A stretch of DNA of 64,000 bases, from assembly GCA_963826785.1 (NCBI GenBank), contig CAWGYD010000001.1:608001-672000 (forward strand), given 5' to 3'. Numbering within the stretch: position 1 is the stretch's first letter; the number at the start of each line of letters is the position of its first letter. Position numbers and translations under genes: made by a program. The DNA comes from an uncultured delta proteobacterium (GTDB lineage: Bacteria > Desulfobacterota > Desulfobacteria > Desulfobacterales > Desulfosalsimonadaceae). This document shows positions 40,117 through 50,512 of this stretch, piece after piece. The notes beneath the pieces were generated by a model. That model did no database searches. It was not told where the DNA came from and saw nothing but the letters and a program-made list of their open reading frames with translations.

Positions 40117-40959
40117 CTACGTCCGCAGTCGGGTCAGATAGATCTGCCATGTCTTGTTTTCCGATAGCGCCGCATGTGCATCGCGGGCCGCTTCTGTCGT
40201 CTCATAGAGACCGAACACAGCCGATCCGCTGCCGGACATCAATGCGGCCGATGCATGATGCCGCAGCAGGGCCATTTTTGCCCGCCTGCTTTCCGGACAT
40301 AATGCAAACCCGGTTTCCTCCAGGTCGTTGTGCAAACAAACGGAATCCGCTTTTTTCCAGTTCAGCTCAAAAACATTTTTTTTAGGTATTTTTTTGTTTT
40401 TTGTCAATCCTAAATTCAATTTTTTATAGACTTGTGCGGTGGAAACGGGAACGGATGGGTAGATTACCAGCAGCTGAAAAGGGTACAGGTGAAGAAACGG
40501 GGTCAATACCTCCCCGATTCCGGTGGCCACGGCAGGCCTGCCCGAAATAAAAAAACAGACATCGGCCCCGATGGCGCGGCCCATGGCCATCAGCTGACCT
40601 TCAGAAAGCGGGTTTCCGTAGTGGGTATTAAGTTCTTTCAGCACGGCTGCCGCATTGCTGCTGCCGCCCCCGAGTCCAGCCCCCACGGGGATCCGTTTTT
40701 CAATGTGGATCCCCACGGCCCCTGCGATGCCGGCAGTTTCAAAGAAGAGGCGGGCCGCCTTGAAAGCGGTATTGGTTAAATCCCCGGGTACATCCGGATG
40801 GGTGCACGATACGCATGTTTCGGCGCAATTAAAATCAAGCCGGATAATATCATGAAGATCGATGCCGCACATCAGGGTATTGAGTTCATGATACCCGTCT
40901 GCCCGTTTTCCGGTGACCTGAAGAAACAGGTTTATTTTGGCAAAGGACCGTATTTCCAT
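40117..40959 (-). CDS. ispE: 4-diphosphocytidyl-2-C-methyl-D-erythritol kinase
   Basis: AKINLFL, DGYHEL, IPVGAGLGGGSSNAA, GADV, MSGSGS; start placed at MEIRSF. Confidence 0.97.
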   Translation of the reverse strand: MEIRSFAKINLFLQVTGKRADGYHELNTLMCGIDLHDIIRLDFNCAETCVSCTHPDVPGDLTNTAFKAARLFFETAGIAGAVGIHIEKRIPVGAGLGGGSSNAAAVLKELNTHYGNPLSEGQLMAMGRAIGADVCFFISGRPAVATGIGEVLTPFLHLYPFQLLVIYPSVPVSTAQVYKKLNLGLTKNKKIPKKNVFELNWKKADSVCLHNDLEETGFALCPESRRAKMALLRHHASAALMSGSGSAVFGLYETTEAARDAHAALSENKTWQIYLTRLRT

Positions 40960-41017
40960 AAGCGGACTCAAATAATTCAGGGGGGGTAAAAAATCAATAT
41001 GTTTAAACGGCGAATAT

Positions 41018-41049
41018 AAAAACGGGTGAAGCCCTGCCTCACCCGTTTT
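41018..41049 (-). terminator. Probable terminator after degQ
   Basis: aaaaacgggtga / tcacccgtttt inverted repeat. Confidence 0.7.
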
Positions 41050-41094
41050 CATCAGCTTTCAGCTTTTGAGTTTCTCAGTCTGCTAGACTTCAAA

Positions 41095-42582
41095 TCATTT
41101 GGTCATCTTGATGACCGTATATCCTTGAAAAGCGCGTTTGATATACATCTGGATGGTTTCTCCGGGTTTGATTCCGTTGATGATTTTTTTATAATCTTCG
41201 ACGTTTTCCACGGGTTTATGATTAATCTGTTTGATAACGTCTCCCTTGGTGACCCCGGCCTGAGATCCCTTGCTTCCATCATCAACGCCGACCACCACTA
41301 CACCGGAAGTATTTTCAAGGTTGAGCTGACCGGCAATGTCATTGGTGATATCGGATACCTGTATGCCAAGGGCGGATTTTTCGGGCGGTTGCTGGGAGGG
41401 TTCCCCCATCGCGGTCGCCTGGGCTTCTTCCCGTTTGGCAACGGTGACCTCCACCGTCTGGGTTTTACCGTTTCGGAAAAGCTTGATTTGCGCCTTATTC
41501 CCGACCGCCAGCCCGGCTACCAGTCGGGACAGGTCCCGGCTGGAATTGACGGCCTCTCCATTGACGGACAAAATGATGTCGCTGGGCTGAATGCCGGCCT
41601 TGTCCGCCGGGTCACCCTTGAACACTTCGGTCACCAGCACGCCATGATCCACCCCGTAATATTCCTGCAGATCGGGGGTGAGATCCTGGATGGCCACCCC
41701 CATCCAGCCCCGGGTCACCTCGCCGGTCTTTTTGAGTTGTTCGATGATGTTTTTGGCCAGATTCACCGGAATGGCAAAACCGATCCCTTCGCCGCCGGCC
41801 ACGATGGCCGTGCTGATTCCGATGACTTTACCATTCATGTCGATCAGGGGGCCGCCGCTGTTTCCCGGGTTGATGGAGGCATCCGTCTGGAGAAAATCGT
41901 CATAGGGGCCGGCACCGATGACCCTGCCTTTGGCACTGATGATCCCGGCGGTTACCGTATGCTCCAGGCCGAAGGGATTGCCGATGGCCAGTATCCACTG
42001 GCCGACATCCACCTGGCTGGAATCGCCCATTTCCAGCACCGGCAGTTCATGATCGGACTTGATCCGGATCAGGGCGATATCCGTACTGGCATCGCTCCCG
42101 ATGATTTCCGCATCGTATTCACCGCCGTCCTTGAGCTTCACCTGGATTTCATCGGCATCGGAGATCACATGGTTGTTGGTGACGATGTATCCCTCTTTTT
42201 CAATGATGAAACCGGATCCCAGGCTCCGCTGCTTATATTCATGCTGGGGCTGGTTATTGAAGAACCGGTCGAAAAATTCACCGAAGGGATCTTCCTGGCC
42301 GCGACCCCCGGGACCGCCGAAAAAGTGTTCGAATACCCGGTTGCCGCCGGTCAGGGTTTTTTCGGTGCGGATATTGACCACCGCCGGACTGGCGTCTTTG
42401 GCCAACTGGGTGAAGTTGTTCGGCGCCACCTGAGCGCTTACGGGCACCGGCTTGGATCCGGCAGCGGAAGCGGCGTAGGGCTGGGGAATGAAGAGGAATA
42501 CCGGTAGAAAAAGAGCGGCCGCGAGAAATAAAATAATTCCCAGTCGGGCGGAATGGAGATTCCCAGGGACGGTTTCCATCAA
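41095..42582 (-). CDS. degQ: HtrA/DegQ-family periplasmic serine protease with two PDZ domains
   Basis: SLGSGFI, TNNHV, DIAL, QTDASINPGNSGGPL, GIGFAIP. Confidence 0.93.
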   Translation of the reverse strand: MMETVPGNLHSARLGIILFLAAALFLPVFLFIPQPYAASAAGSKPVPVSAQVAPNNFTQLAKDASPAVVNIRTEKTLTGGNRVFEHFFGGPGGRGQEDPFGEFFDRFFNNQPQHEYKQRSLGSGFIIEKEGYIVTNNHVISDADEIQVKLKDGGEYDAEIIGSDASTDIALIRIKSDHELPVLEMGDSSQVDVGQWILAIGNPFGLEHTVTAGIISAKGRVIGAGPYDDFLQTDASINPGNSGGPLIDMNGKVIGISTAIVAGGEGIGFAIPVNLAKNIIEQLKKTGEVTRGWMGVAIQDLTPDLQEYYGVDHGVLVTEVFKGDPADKAGIQPSDIILSVNGEAVNSSRDLSRLVAGLAVGNKAQIKLFRNGKTQTVEVTVAKREEAQATAMGEPSQQPPEKSALGIQVSDITNDIAGQLNLENTSGVVVVGVDDGSKGSQAGVTKGDVIKQINHKPVENVEDYKKIINGIKPGETIQMYIKRAFQGYTVIKMTK

Positions 42583-42629
42583 TCCATCTCCTTCACGTTG
42601 ATATTTAGTTTAATGAATAATTTCGGTAG

Positions 42630-42953
42630 TTAGCCTTCGCATTTTTTTTTGACGTACAATAATCTTAACTCGTACAGAAGATGTGTCAAGAGACGCTTCT
42701 CCTCATGGGTCAGGTTCCCTTCGGTCTTTTCCTTGAGCATGGCCAGAATGTCCAGCGTCTGCTTGGCCAGGATCATGTTGGCCGACCTGCTTTTCGTCAC
42801 CGGGTCGGCTTCGAGCCCCATGTGCATCAATGCCGAGGAATTCAATGATAAAATGAAGGTGGTAAAATTAATTTCCGGCATGGCAAAGGCTTGTTTCTGC
42901 TGTTCCTGGCAATCCGATTCGAACTTTTTTTCCTGGTCAGACATTTTTTTCAC
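42630..42953 (-). CDS. DUF1844 family protein
   Basis: FTTFILSL...AKQTLDILAMLKEKTEGNLTHEE...LLYELRLLYV. Confidence 0.88.
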   Translation of the reverse strand: MKKMSDQEKKFESDCQEQQKQAFAMPEINFTTFILSLNSSALMHMGLEADPVTKSRSANMILAKQTLDILAMLKEKTEGNLTHEEKRLLTHLLYELRLLYVKKKCEG

Positions 42954-43022
42954 CCTTGTATCATAGTGTTTAGATTACGGCGGCTTCCCATTCCCGCCGG
43001 GGGAACGTTAACAGCTAAACCT

Positions 43023-44378
43023 TCAGATGGACCTGACCACTTCATCCAGGGCGGATTCGACGTGATCTTTGATTTCGGTCAACCGGTTTTCCGACAGGGC
43101 CTCAAATCGCAGGACCAGCGCGGGCTGGGTATTGGATGCCCGGACCAGCCCCCAGCCGTCGCCAAACAGGATCCTGGCCCCATCGATATCGATGACCTCA
43201 TGGGTGCTGCGAAACCGGGCGGTGATTTCAGAAACCACTTTAAACTTCTGCCGGTCCGGACAGTCCACCCGGATTTCCGGGGTGCTGTAGGTTTTCGGGA
43301 CATCGGACAGCAATTCCGACAGCTTCTTTCCGGTGGCGGCGAGGATCTCCAGGAGACGGCAGGCGGCATAAGCGGCATCATCATAGCCGAAATACCGGTC
43401 GGCAAAGAACATGTGCCCGCTCATTTCACCCGCCAGTTCGGCATGCTCCTCCTTCATTTTCTTCTTGATCAAGGAATGCCCGGTTTTCCACATGACGGCA
43501 CGCCCGCCGTGCTTTTTGATATCGTCATACAGGGTCTGGGAGCATTTGACCTCGGAGATGAAGGCCGCTCCCGGCTTGCGGGACAGGATTTCCCGGGAAA
43601 AAATAATCATCAGCTGATCGCCGTAAATGATGCGTCCGGATTCATCCACCACGCCGATCCGGTCGCCGTCGCCGTCAAATCCGATGCCCAGGTCCAGCTT
43701 TTCTTTTCTGACCAGGGCGATCAAATCCTTTAAATTGGCGGCCACTGTGGGATCGGCCTCATGATTGGGGAAGCGGCCATCCATATCACAGTACAGGTCG
43801 TGAACCCGGCAGCCCAGTTGTTTGAAAATCGGGACCGCCACCACGCCGGCAGTCCCATTTCCAGCGTCCACCCCGATTTTCAGCGGCTTTTCCAGCACGA
43901 TATTGTCGACGACAAAATCATGATAGTCTTTAAGGATCTTTTTTTTCTGCACCGAGCCTTTTTTCGAAATGAACCGGCCTTCTTCGATAATCCTTCGTAT
44001 TTCCTGGATCTGCTCCCCGTGCACCGAATCGGTGCCCTGGCATATTTTAAAGCCGTTGTATTCCGGAGGATTGTGGCTGGCGGTCACCATGACCCCCCCT
44101 TCCTGGGACAGGTGCCGGATGGAAAAGTAAAGGACCGGGGTGGGGCAGACGCCGATGTCGGTGATCTCGCAGCCGCTGGAAACCAGACCCTCGATGAGCC
44201 GGTCGGCATAGGTGTCCGAAGTCAGCCGGCAGTCGCGGCCCACGGTCAGTTTGCGGCATCCGCGGCTGGACAGATAGGCGCCGATTCCTTTACCGATGCG
44301 GATCACGTCGTCTTCGTTCATCTCGTCACCGGCAATTCCCCTGATATCGTATTCCCTGAAAATATCCGGAACCATCAA
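43023..44378 (-). CDS. Phosphomannomutase/phosphoglucomutase (AlgC-like)
   Basis: IFREYDIRG, TASHNP, FDGDGDR, GEMSGH, RASNTQP. Confidence 0.96.
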   Translation of the reverse strand: MMVPDIFREYDIRGIAGDEMNEDDVIRIGKGIGAYLSSRGCRKLTVGRDCRLTSDTYADRLIEGLVSSGCEITDIGVCPTPVLYFSIRHLSQEGGVMVTASHNPPEYNGFKICQGTDSVHGEQIQEIRRIIEEGRFISKKGSVQKKKILKDYHDFVVDNIVLEKPLKIGVDAGNGTAGVVAVPIFKQLGCRVHDLYCDMDGRFPNHEADPTVAANLKDLIALVRKEKLDLGIGFDGDGDRIGVVDESGRIIYGDQLMIIFSREILSRKPGAAFISEVKCSQTLYDDIKKHGGRAVMWKTGHSLIKKKMKEEHAELAGEMSGHMFFADRYFGYDDAAYAACRLLEILAATGKKLSELLSDVPKTYSTPEIRVDCPDRQKFKVVSEITARFRSTHEVIDIDGARILFGDGWGLVRASNTQPALVLRFEALSENRLTEIKDHVESALDEVVRSI

Positions 44379-44399
44379 ACCTCCTTTTATTTTATGATG

Positions 44400-45833
44400 C
44401 TATCCTTTTATAACGGCCACGGGCCGCAGTCTGGCAATTTTTCGGGAAATCCCGGATCCTTCTACCACATTTACCACGTCGGTGACATTCTTGTATGCTT
44501 CGGGCATCTCTTCGGCCAGCGTGGACCGGCCGGCGGATCTGACGTAGATGCCCCTGTCTTCGAGTTCCCGATTGATGCTCCGGCCCCTGGCCGCCTTTTT
44601 GGCGGCATGCCGGCTCAGGACCCGGCCGGCCCCGTGGCAGGTGGAGCCGAATGTTTCGGCCATGGCCCCGGAGGTGCCGGCCAGCACATAGGAGGCGGTC
44701 CCCATGTCACCGGGGATCAGGATGGGCTGCCCGGTGGATTTATATGGATCGGAAATATCCGGGTGCCCGGGGGGAAACGCCCGGGTGGCCCCTTTCCGGT
44801 GGACGCAGACCCGCCGAATTTCCCCGTCCACCTGGTGATTTTCGAATTTGGCGATGTTGTGGCATACATCATAAACAAAATGCATTCCCAGGCTACGGGG
44901 ACTGATGCCAAGCGTGTGGATGAAGACCTCCCGGGTCAGGTGCATCAGGATCTGCCGGTTGGCCCAGGCGAAATTCGCCGCACCGGCCATGGCGCCATAA
45001 TATTTTCGGCCGGCCGGCGAATTGATTCTGGTGGCGGCCAGCTGCCGGTCGGGAACGGTGATGCCGTCTACGCCCATCTGCCGGGTCATGGAAGCCAGGA
45101 AGTCATCGCATACCTGGTGGCCCAGACCCCGGGACCCGCAGTGGATCATCACGGTCACGCGGCCCTTTACCAGACCGAAAACAGCAGCGGTGCGTTCATC
45201 ATAAATTTCGTCCACCACTGAGATTTCCAGGAAATGGTTTCCCGATCCCAGGGTGCCGAGCTGCTTTTTCCCCCGCTCCAGCGCCCGGCCGCTCACCGCG
45301 TCGGGATCGGCATCCGCCATACAACCGCCTTCTTCCGTGCGCTCAAGATCGGAATCTTCCCCGAACCCCTGGCCGATCGCCCAGCGGCTTCCCTGCTTCA
45401 ACACTTTTTTGAGTTCGGGGTAGGACAATTTGACATTCCCGGAGGTGCCCACGCCGGAAGGGATCTGCCTAAAGAGAGCGGACGAGAGCTCCGGAAGGTG
45501 CGGCCGGATTTCTTCCTCGGACAGGCGCGTGGCCGCAAGGCGCACCCCGCAATTGATATCGTAGCCCACTCCGCCGGGGGAGATCACCCCCTCCTCCGGA
45601 TCAAAAGCCGCCACACCGCCAATGGGAAACCCGTATCCCCAGTGCACATCCGGCATGGCCATGGCGGCCTTGAGGATTCCGGGCAACTGGGCCACATTCA
45701 TCAGCTGTTTGACGGTCTCCTCTTTTTTGATCACCTCTATCATCGCCGCACTTGAAAAGATGCGGGCAGGGACCCGCATGGCCCCGGATTTTTTCACCTC
45801 GTAGCAATAAGGGGATATCTGTTTCAGTTCCAT
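44400..45833 (-). CDS. rtcB: RNA ligase RtcB (archaeal/eukaryote-like long form)
   Basis: MPDVHWGYGFPIGGVAA, GVGYDINCG, LGSGNHFLE, HCGSRG, HNIAK, HRKGATR, CHGAGR, EEMPEAYK. Confidence 0.97.
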   Translation of the reverse strand: MELKQISPYCYEVKKSGAMRVPARIFSSAAMIEVIKKEETVKQLMNVAQLPGILKAAMAMPDVHWGYGFPIGGVAAFDPEEGVISPGGVGYDINCGVRLAATRLSEEEIRPHLPELSSALFRQIPSGVGTSGNVKLSYPELKKVLKQGSRWAIGQGFGEDSDLERTEEGGCMADADPDAVSGRALERGKKQLGTLGSGNHFLEISVVDEIYDERTAAVFGLVKGRVTVMIHCGSRGLGHQVCDDFLASMTRQMGVDGITVPDRQLAATRINSPAGRKYYGAMAGAANFAWANRQILMHLTREVFIHTLGISPRSLGMHFVYDVCHNIAKFENHQVDGEIRRVCVHRKGATRAFPPGHPDISDPYKSTGQPILIPGDMGTASYVLAGTSGAMAETFGSTCHGAGRVLSRHAAKKAARGRSINRELEDRGIYVRSAGRSTLAEEMPEAYKNVTDVVNVVEGSGISRKIARLRPVAVIKG

Positions 45834-45927
45834 CTGGACGCACCTGGCTATATATACGTATTTGCAAGATTACCCGATAATTTAATCATTTTTATGGCCA
45901 ATGGACAAATTATTCTGCTCCCGGGGT

Positions 45928-46341
45928 TCAGATATCGAATATGACCGTGGCCTGCCAGCCGGCCGGTGTGTGTTCGACCGATATTCCGGAATAGGTCACC
46001 GCCTTGATATCCGTCAGGATGTCATGCCGGTCCGGATCATAAAGCTCATAGAAAACGTCGCCTTTTATCTTCCGGTCGGTCAGTTCCCGGATGCAGACGC
46101 GCGCGGCAAGTCCGTTTTTCACGCTCCAGATACTGAAAAGCTCCCGCAGCCAGTTGATCAGCAGGTCGGAGACATCGGCCCCGCTGATGTTGATCGTCCG
46201 GTGGTGTGCTTCATTGACGGTCGATACATCGGTCATCTGTTCGAACATGGCCCGGGCCGCGGTTTCAAAAAGTTCTTTTACATCGGCGGCCGTGACGCGG
46301 ATGCCCAGGTCGGCCGTGTGATCGATGATTTCATAGGGCAT
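45928..46341 (-). CDS. Archease (RtcB activator)
   Basis: YEIIDHTADLGI, LLINWLREL, IKAVTY, terminal VIFDI; adjacent to rtcB. Confidence 0.93.
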   Translation of the reverse strand: MPYEIIDHTADLGIRVTAADVKELFETAARAMFEQMTDVSTVNEAHHRTINISGADVSDLLINWLRELFSIWSVKNGLAARVCIRELTDRKIKGDVFYELYDPDRHDILTDIKAVTYSGISVEHTPAGWQATVIFDI

Positions 46342-48274
46342 CGGCCGAGGTCCAGACGATTTTTCCGGTTTGTTCCGTGTGATACCCGCCGAGTTTTGCA
46401 GCCGCCTTCCTGAATTCATCGGATTCGATGATATCGAGCAAAAGGCGGATGGCCGGGGTGTCGAAAAAGGATTCGGGGATCACCAGTTCATAGGATTCGG
46501 TGACCACCGGGACAAACTCCAGATCAAGGGCCCTGGCGGCGGCCAGGATGCCCAGGCCGGCGTCGGCGGCCCCGGACAGAACCGCCGCCGCCACCGCCAT
46601 ATGGGTAAATTCTTCATTGGGATACCCGGCGATCTGATTTGGTAAAATCCCCAGTTCGGATAGCCGGTAGTCCAGCAGAATCCGGGTGCCCGAGCCGATC
46701 TGCCGGTTGATGAAGGTGTTTTCCGGACGGGTCAGGTCTTCGATGGTCATGATTTTCCTGGGGTTTCCGGGGGCGACAATCAGCCCCTGGTCCCGCCGGA
46801 CCAGGTGCACCAGGTAGACGGGGACGTCTTTGAGATATTTACGGATGTAGCTGATGTTGTAAGTGCCATCGGCGGTATCGAGCAGATGGGTGCCGGCCAC
46901 GTGGCACAATCCTTTTTTAATGGCGATCAGCCCTCCCATGCTTCCCACATGGCTGGAAGAAAGATGAATCCGGCTGCTCCTGGACCGGATCAGGTCGGCA
47001 ATGACATCGAGGGTATTGTCGTGGCTTCCCACCGCCACCAGGGTATCGGAAATCTGGGTAAGCGGCCTGAGCAGGGTGGCGGATACCGGCTGGTCCCCGG
47101 GGATGCCTTCCAGGTGGTTGGGAATACGGATAATGCCGTCGGCCTCGGTGATGGAGGTGATGCAGCCGGCCCCCCGGGGAAGCGGGGTGGCCACGATCCG
47201 GTCCCCCACCCGGCCCAGCTTGACCCGCACGAATTCCTCCAGTCCCAGCCGGGAGGCAATTTTTTTGGTGGGCACGACCCGGGCGGAAGGGGCATTCGGT
47301 TCCGGCTGGTGCAGCAGGGCGCACAGCAGCGGCCGGATCAGCTGCTCAAAGGCAATGATGGCAGACACCGGGTAGCCGGGAATGCCAAATACCGGCATGC
47401 CGGCGATCTTCCCCGCGATAACGGGTTTCCCCGGCATCATGGTGACCCCGTGGACAAGAACGCTTCCCATATCGGCAATCACCTGACGGGTAAAGTCCTC
47501 AGAGCCCGCAGATGATCCCCCGACAAGCAGGATCAGGTCATAATCATCACCGGCAGCCTTCTTTATTGCACTGGAAATTTTCTCCGGATCATCGGTGATG
47601 ATTTCGCTGACGTCATATTCCCCGCCGCAGGAGACGACCATCTGCCCCAGCATGTGGGAATTGGAATCGATGATCCGTCCCGGCTGCAGCCGGGAAGAGT
47701 CGATCTGACGATAGTCCACCATCTCCCGTCCCGTGGGAATAATGAAAACCTTTGGCTTTTTAAGCACGGAAACTTCGCGTATCCCGGCGGACAGAAGGGC
47801 GCCGATGCCATAGGGGGAGACGGCTTCGTGCCGCGCAAACACCAGTTCAGTGGCGACGATGTCTTCCCCCATGCGGCGGACATGCTGCCAGGGAAACACC
47901 GGCGCATCGATTTCGATGTGATTTTCATCCACCACATGGATTTTTTCGATCATGATCACCGCGTCCGTACCTTCCGGCAGAACATGTCCGGTGTTGACAA
48001 AATGCGCGTCTTTCCCCGTGGCAAGGATTATAGGAGCGGTTTCAGAGGCCCCATAGGTGGTTTTTGCGGCCACTGCAGCGCCGTCCATGGCGGCGGCATG
48101 AAAATTGGGCGAGGAGATGGCGGCAAATACGGGCTCTGCCAGGATGCGGCCGGATGCGTGGATGACATCGATGGTTTCTGATTGCAAACTGGCTTGGGTC
48201 AGATCGGTCTCGACAATGGCACGGGCCTCGTCCAGTGATTTCATCTTCAGGTAGATATTTCGATGTCCGGTCAT
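46331..48274 (-). CDS. Molybdopterin biosynthesis MoeA fused to a PBP (LysR-substrate-like) domain
   Basis: AMDG, TGHVLPEGTDAVIMIE, GGSSAGSED, PGKP, PGYP; then GSHD, VGSMGGL, FINRQIGSGTR. Confidence 0.93.
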   Translation of the reverse strand: MTGHRNIYLKMKSLDEARAIVETDLTQASLQSETIDVIHASGRILAEPVFAAISSPNFHAAAMDGAAVAAKTTYGASETAPIILATGKDAHFVNTGHVLPEGTDAVIMIEKIHVVDENHIEIDAPVFPWQHVRRMGEDIVATELVFARHEAVSPYGIGALLSAGIREVSVLKKPKVFIIPTGREMVDYRQIDSSRLQPGRIIDSNSHMLGQMVVSCGGEYDVSEIITDDPEKISSAIKKAAGDDYDLILLVGGSSAGSEDFTRQVIADMGSVLVHGVTMMPGKPVIAGKIAGMPVFGIPGYPVSAIIAFEQLIRPLLCALLHQPEPNAPSARVVPTKKIASRLGLEEFVRVKLGRVGDRIVATPLPRGAGCITSITEADGIIRIPNHLEGIPGDQPVSATLLRPLTQISDTLVAVGSHDNTLDVIADLIRSRSSRIHLSSSHVGSMGGLIAIKKGLCHVAGTHLLDTADGTYNISYIRKYLKDVPVYLVHLVRRDQGLIVAPGNPRKIMTIEDLTRPENTFINRQIGSGTRILLDYRLSELGILPNQIAGYPNEEFTHMAVAAAVLSGAADAGLGILAAARALDLEFVPVVTESYELVIPESFFDTPAIRLLLDIIESDEFRKAAAKLGGYHTEQTGKIVWTSADAL

Positions 48275-48348
48275 GGCGGTTTTTTATTTTCGGTTATCCG
48301 GTTCGCACCGGAAATAGAATTTAAATTCTTGATCAAAAAACAAAAGCT

Positions 48349-49587
48349 TCAGGTCGTAAAAGGGATGACCATAACCCGGTCTCCCTTTGAAAGCCCTTCG
48401 GTATTCTCATCGATGCGGACCAGTCCATCGGCCTGGACCATGGTATGGATCAGGCCCGATTTTCCCGGTATGGGTTCGGCCATCAGGCCATGCTCGCTTG
48501 AAATGATCCGAACCCGGGCAAAGTCGATGCGGCCGTGGACCGAGGCGATATTGCGGGAAAGCGTGGCGGGCACGGAATGCGTCAGCGATTTGGACGAATC
48601 CAGACCGGCCATGTGCAGGAGAAACGGCCTGACCACGATTTCAAACACGACCATGGCGGAAGTCACGTGCCCGGGCAGCCCCCAGAAGGGCTTTTTCCCC
48701 ACCCGGGCCAGGATGGTCGGTTTACCCGGGCTCATGGGGATACCGTGGACCAGGATCTCTGCGTTGTTCTGGGCCATGATGGCTTCTATGGTCAGGTCCC
48801 GTTTCCCCACCGAACTGCCGCCGGAAACCAGCACCATGTCCGAATGTGCCAGGGCGGCCCGGCAGGTTTTAATCAAGGCGGCCCGATCGTCTTTTATCAA
48901 GCCGTAAAGTTCAGGTTCTGCCCCGGCGGCCCGGCACGAGCCATGCAGTGTATAAGAATTTACATCGCGTACCTGGGCCGGTCCGGGGATCGAGTCGACA
49001 GGAATGATTTCGTCCCCCGTGGAGATGATGCCGACAACCGGCCTCCGGAATACGTTTATCCGGCTTCGGCCCAGGGCCGCCAGAAGCCCCATTTCCTGAG
49101 CACGGATGCGGGTCCCGGCTTCGAGGATGACTTTTCCGGCCCGGACATCCTCGCCGGCTCGGATCACGCTGGCACCGGGCGCAACACTTCTGTAAACCTC
49201 CAGCGTGGTCTCATCGACCGGTGCGGCGTGTTCGAGCATGACCACGCTGTCGGCACCGGGCGGAAGCATGCCGCCGGTGGCAATGCGGGCGGCTTCACCC
49301 GGCACAATGGGCGTTGTCGGCATCTGCCCCATCTCAACCGATCCTGTAATCGTCAGGTAGGCGGGATTGGCTTCTGAAGCCCCGAAAGTGGCCGCAGCGC
49401 AGACCGCGTAGCCATCCATGGTGGACCGGTCGAAACCGGGAATATCGATGTCGGAAATCAGGTCTTCGGCAAGGACCCGGCCCTGGGCTTCCAGAAGGGG
49501 CAAGGATTCCGGCCGGGTCCTGTCAAACCCGGACATGAGTCCGAAAACCGCCTCAAGGGGCGTGACATTGAAGAATTCTTTTGTCAT
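48349..49587 (-). CDS. moeA: Molybdopterin molybdotransferase MoeA
   Basis: RSTMDGYAV, TGGMLPPGADSVVMLE, STGDE, SGGSSVG, PGKP, LPGH. Confidence 0.94.
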   Translation of the reverse strand: MTKEFFNVTPLEAVFGLMSGFDRTRPESLPLLEAQGRVLAEDLISDIDIPGFDRSTMDGYAVCAAATFGASEANPAYLTITGSVEMGQMPTTPIVPGEAARIATGGMLPPGADSVVMLEHAAPVDETTLEVYRSVAPGASVIRAGEDVRAGKVILEAGTRIRAQEMGLLAALGRSRINVFRRPVVGIISTGDEIIPVDSIPGPAQVRDVNSYTLHGSCRAAGAEPELYGLIKDDRAALIKTCRAALAHSDMVLVSGGSSVGKRDLTIEAIMAQNNAEILVHGIPMSPGKPTILARVGKKPFWGLPGHVTSAMVVFEIVVRPFLLHMAGLDSSKSLTHSVPATLSRNIASVHGRIDFARVRIISSEHGLMAEPIPGKSGLIHTMVQADGLVRIDENTEGLSKGDRVMVIPFTT

Positions 49588-49675
49588 TACAGGCCCATAT
49601 CCAACGTCCATACCGGTCTTGTGCATTAATCTTCGATGAAGTCGTAAATTTTAAAATCCTAAATCCCGCACCCGG

Positions 49676-50512
49676 TTACCAGAACATCTCATCATCCATC
49701 TGCCCCCCGCCCACCCGGGTGACCGGTCCGGTCAGGGTGATCTCCCAGTCGTCGCTGATATGGATTGCCAGTCTGCCCCCGGGCATATGGACGGTCACAT
49801 CATTTCCGGTCAGCCCCAGGCGGTGCGAAACGGCGGCGGCGGCCGAACTGCTGCTTCCGGAAGCCAGGGTGTAACCCGCCCCCCGCTCCCAGATCTCGAT
49901 GGCGATATTTTCCCGATCCAGGATCTTGACGAACTGCACATTGATCCGGTGGGGAAACAGGGGATGGGTTTCCAGCAGCGGCCCGGTCCGGCGGGCCAGT
50001 TCCGGCGAGATCCGGTCCCGGATCACCACGCAGTGCGGATTGCCGATGGCGGCTGCCGAAAAGACGATCGATTCCCCCGACAATTGCACCTCTTCGTTCA
50101 AAACTTCCCGGCGCTGCCCGGCCACCGGTATCCGGGTGCTCTCAAAGGTGATGCGGCCCATGTCCACGGAAACCATTTTTCCGCCGTCATAGACGCGGGC
50201 GGTAACGATTCCCCCCAGGGTGTCCATGGTAAAAGGCGATTGGGACACCATTTGCCTGTCAAACAGGTACCGGGCAAATATGCGCAGCCCGTTTCCGCTT
50301 TTCTCCGCTTCGCTTCCATCCGGGTTGTAGATCTTCAACGCAAAATCCGCCAGCTCCGTATCCATCGGCCCCAGCAGGATGCCGTCTGATCCCATGCCGT
50401 AATTCCGATCACAGATCCGCCGGATTCGATCTTCGGACAACAAGACGTCGGTCTGCGGGGCAATCACCAGGTAATCGTTTCCCAGACCATGGTATTTATC
50501 AAAGTGCATCAT
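49676..50512 (-). CDS. dapF: Diaminopimelate epimerase family, Ser at both catalytic positions
   Basis: KYHGLGNDY, GSDG, NPDGSEAEKSGNGLR, GNPH, ERGAGYTLASGSS. Confidence 0.88.
   Translation of the reverse strand: MMHFDKYHGLGNDYLVIAPQTDVLLSEDRIRRICDRNYGMGSDGILLGPMDTELADFALKIYNPDGSEAEKSGNGLRIFARYLFDRQMVSQSPFTMDTLGGIVTARVYDGGKMVSVDMGRITFESTRIPVAGQRREVLNEEVQLSGESIVFSAAAIGNPHCVVIRDRISPELARRTGPLLETHPLFPHRINVQFVKILDRENIAIEIWERGAGYTLASGSSSSAAAAVSHRLGLTGNDVTVHMPGGRLAIHISDDWEITLTGPVTRVGGGQMDDEMFW

Noticed and set aside
41026..42507. Long antisense ORFs (493 aa here; also 43761-45221, 29849-31300, 25702-27042, 9117-10367)
   Set aside because: Shadow frames of clear genes in GC-rich DNA, with no motifs
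46331..49587. Tandem moeA genes
   Set aside because: The MoeA plus MoeA-PBP pair is common in anaerobes and archaea
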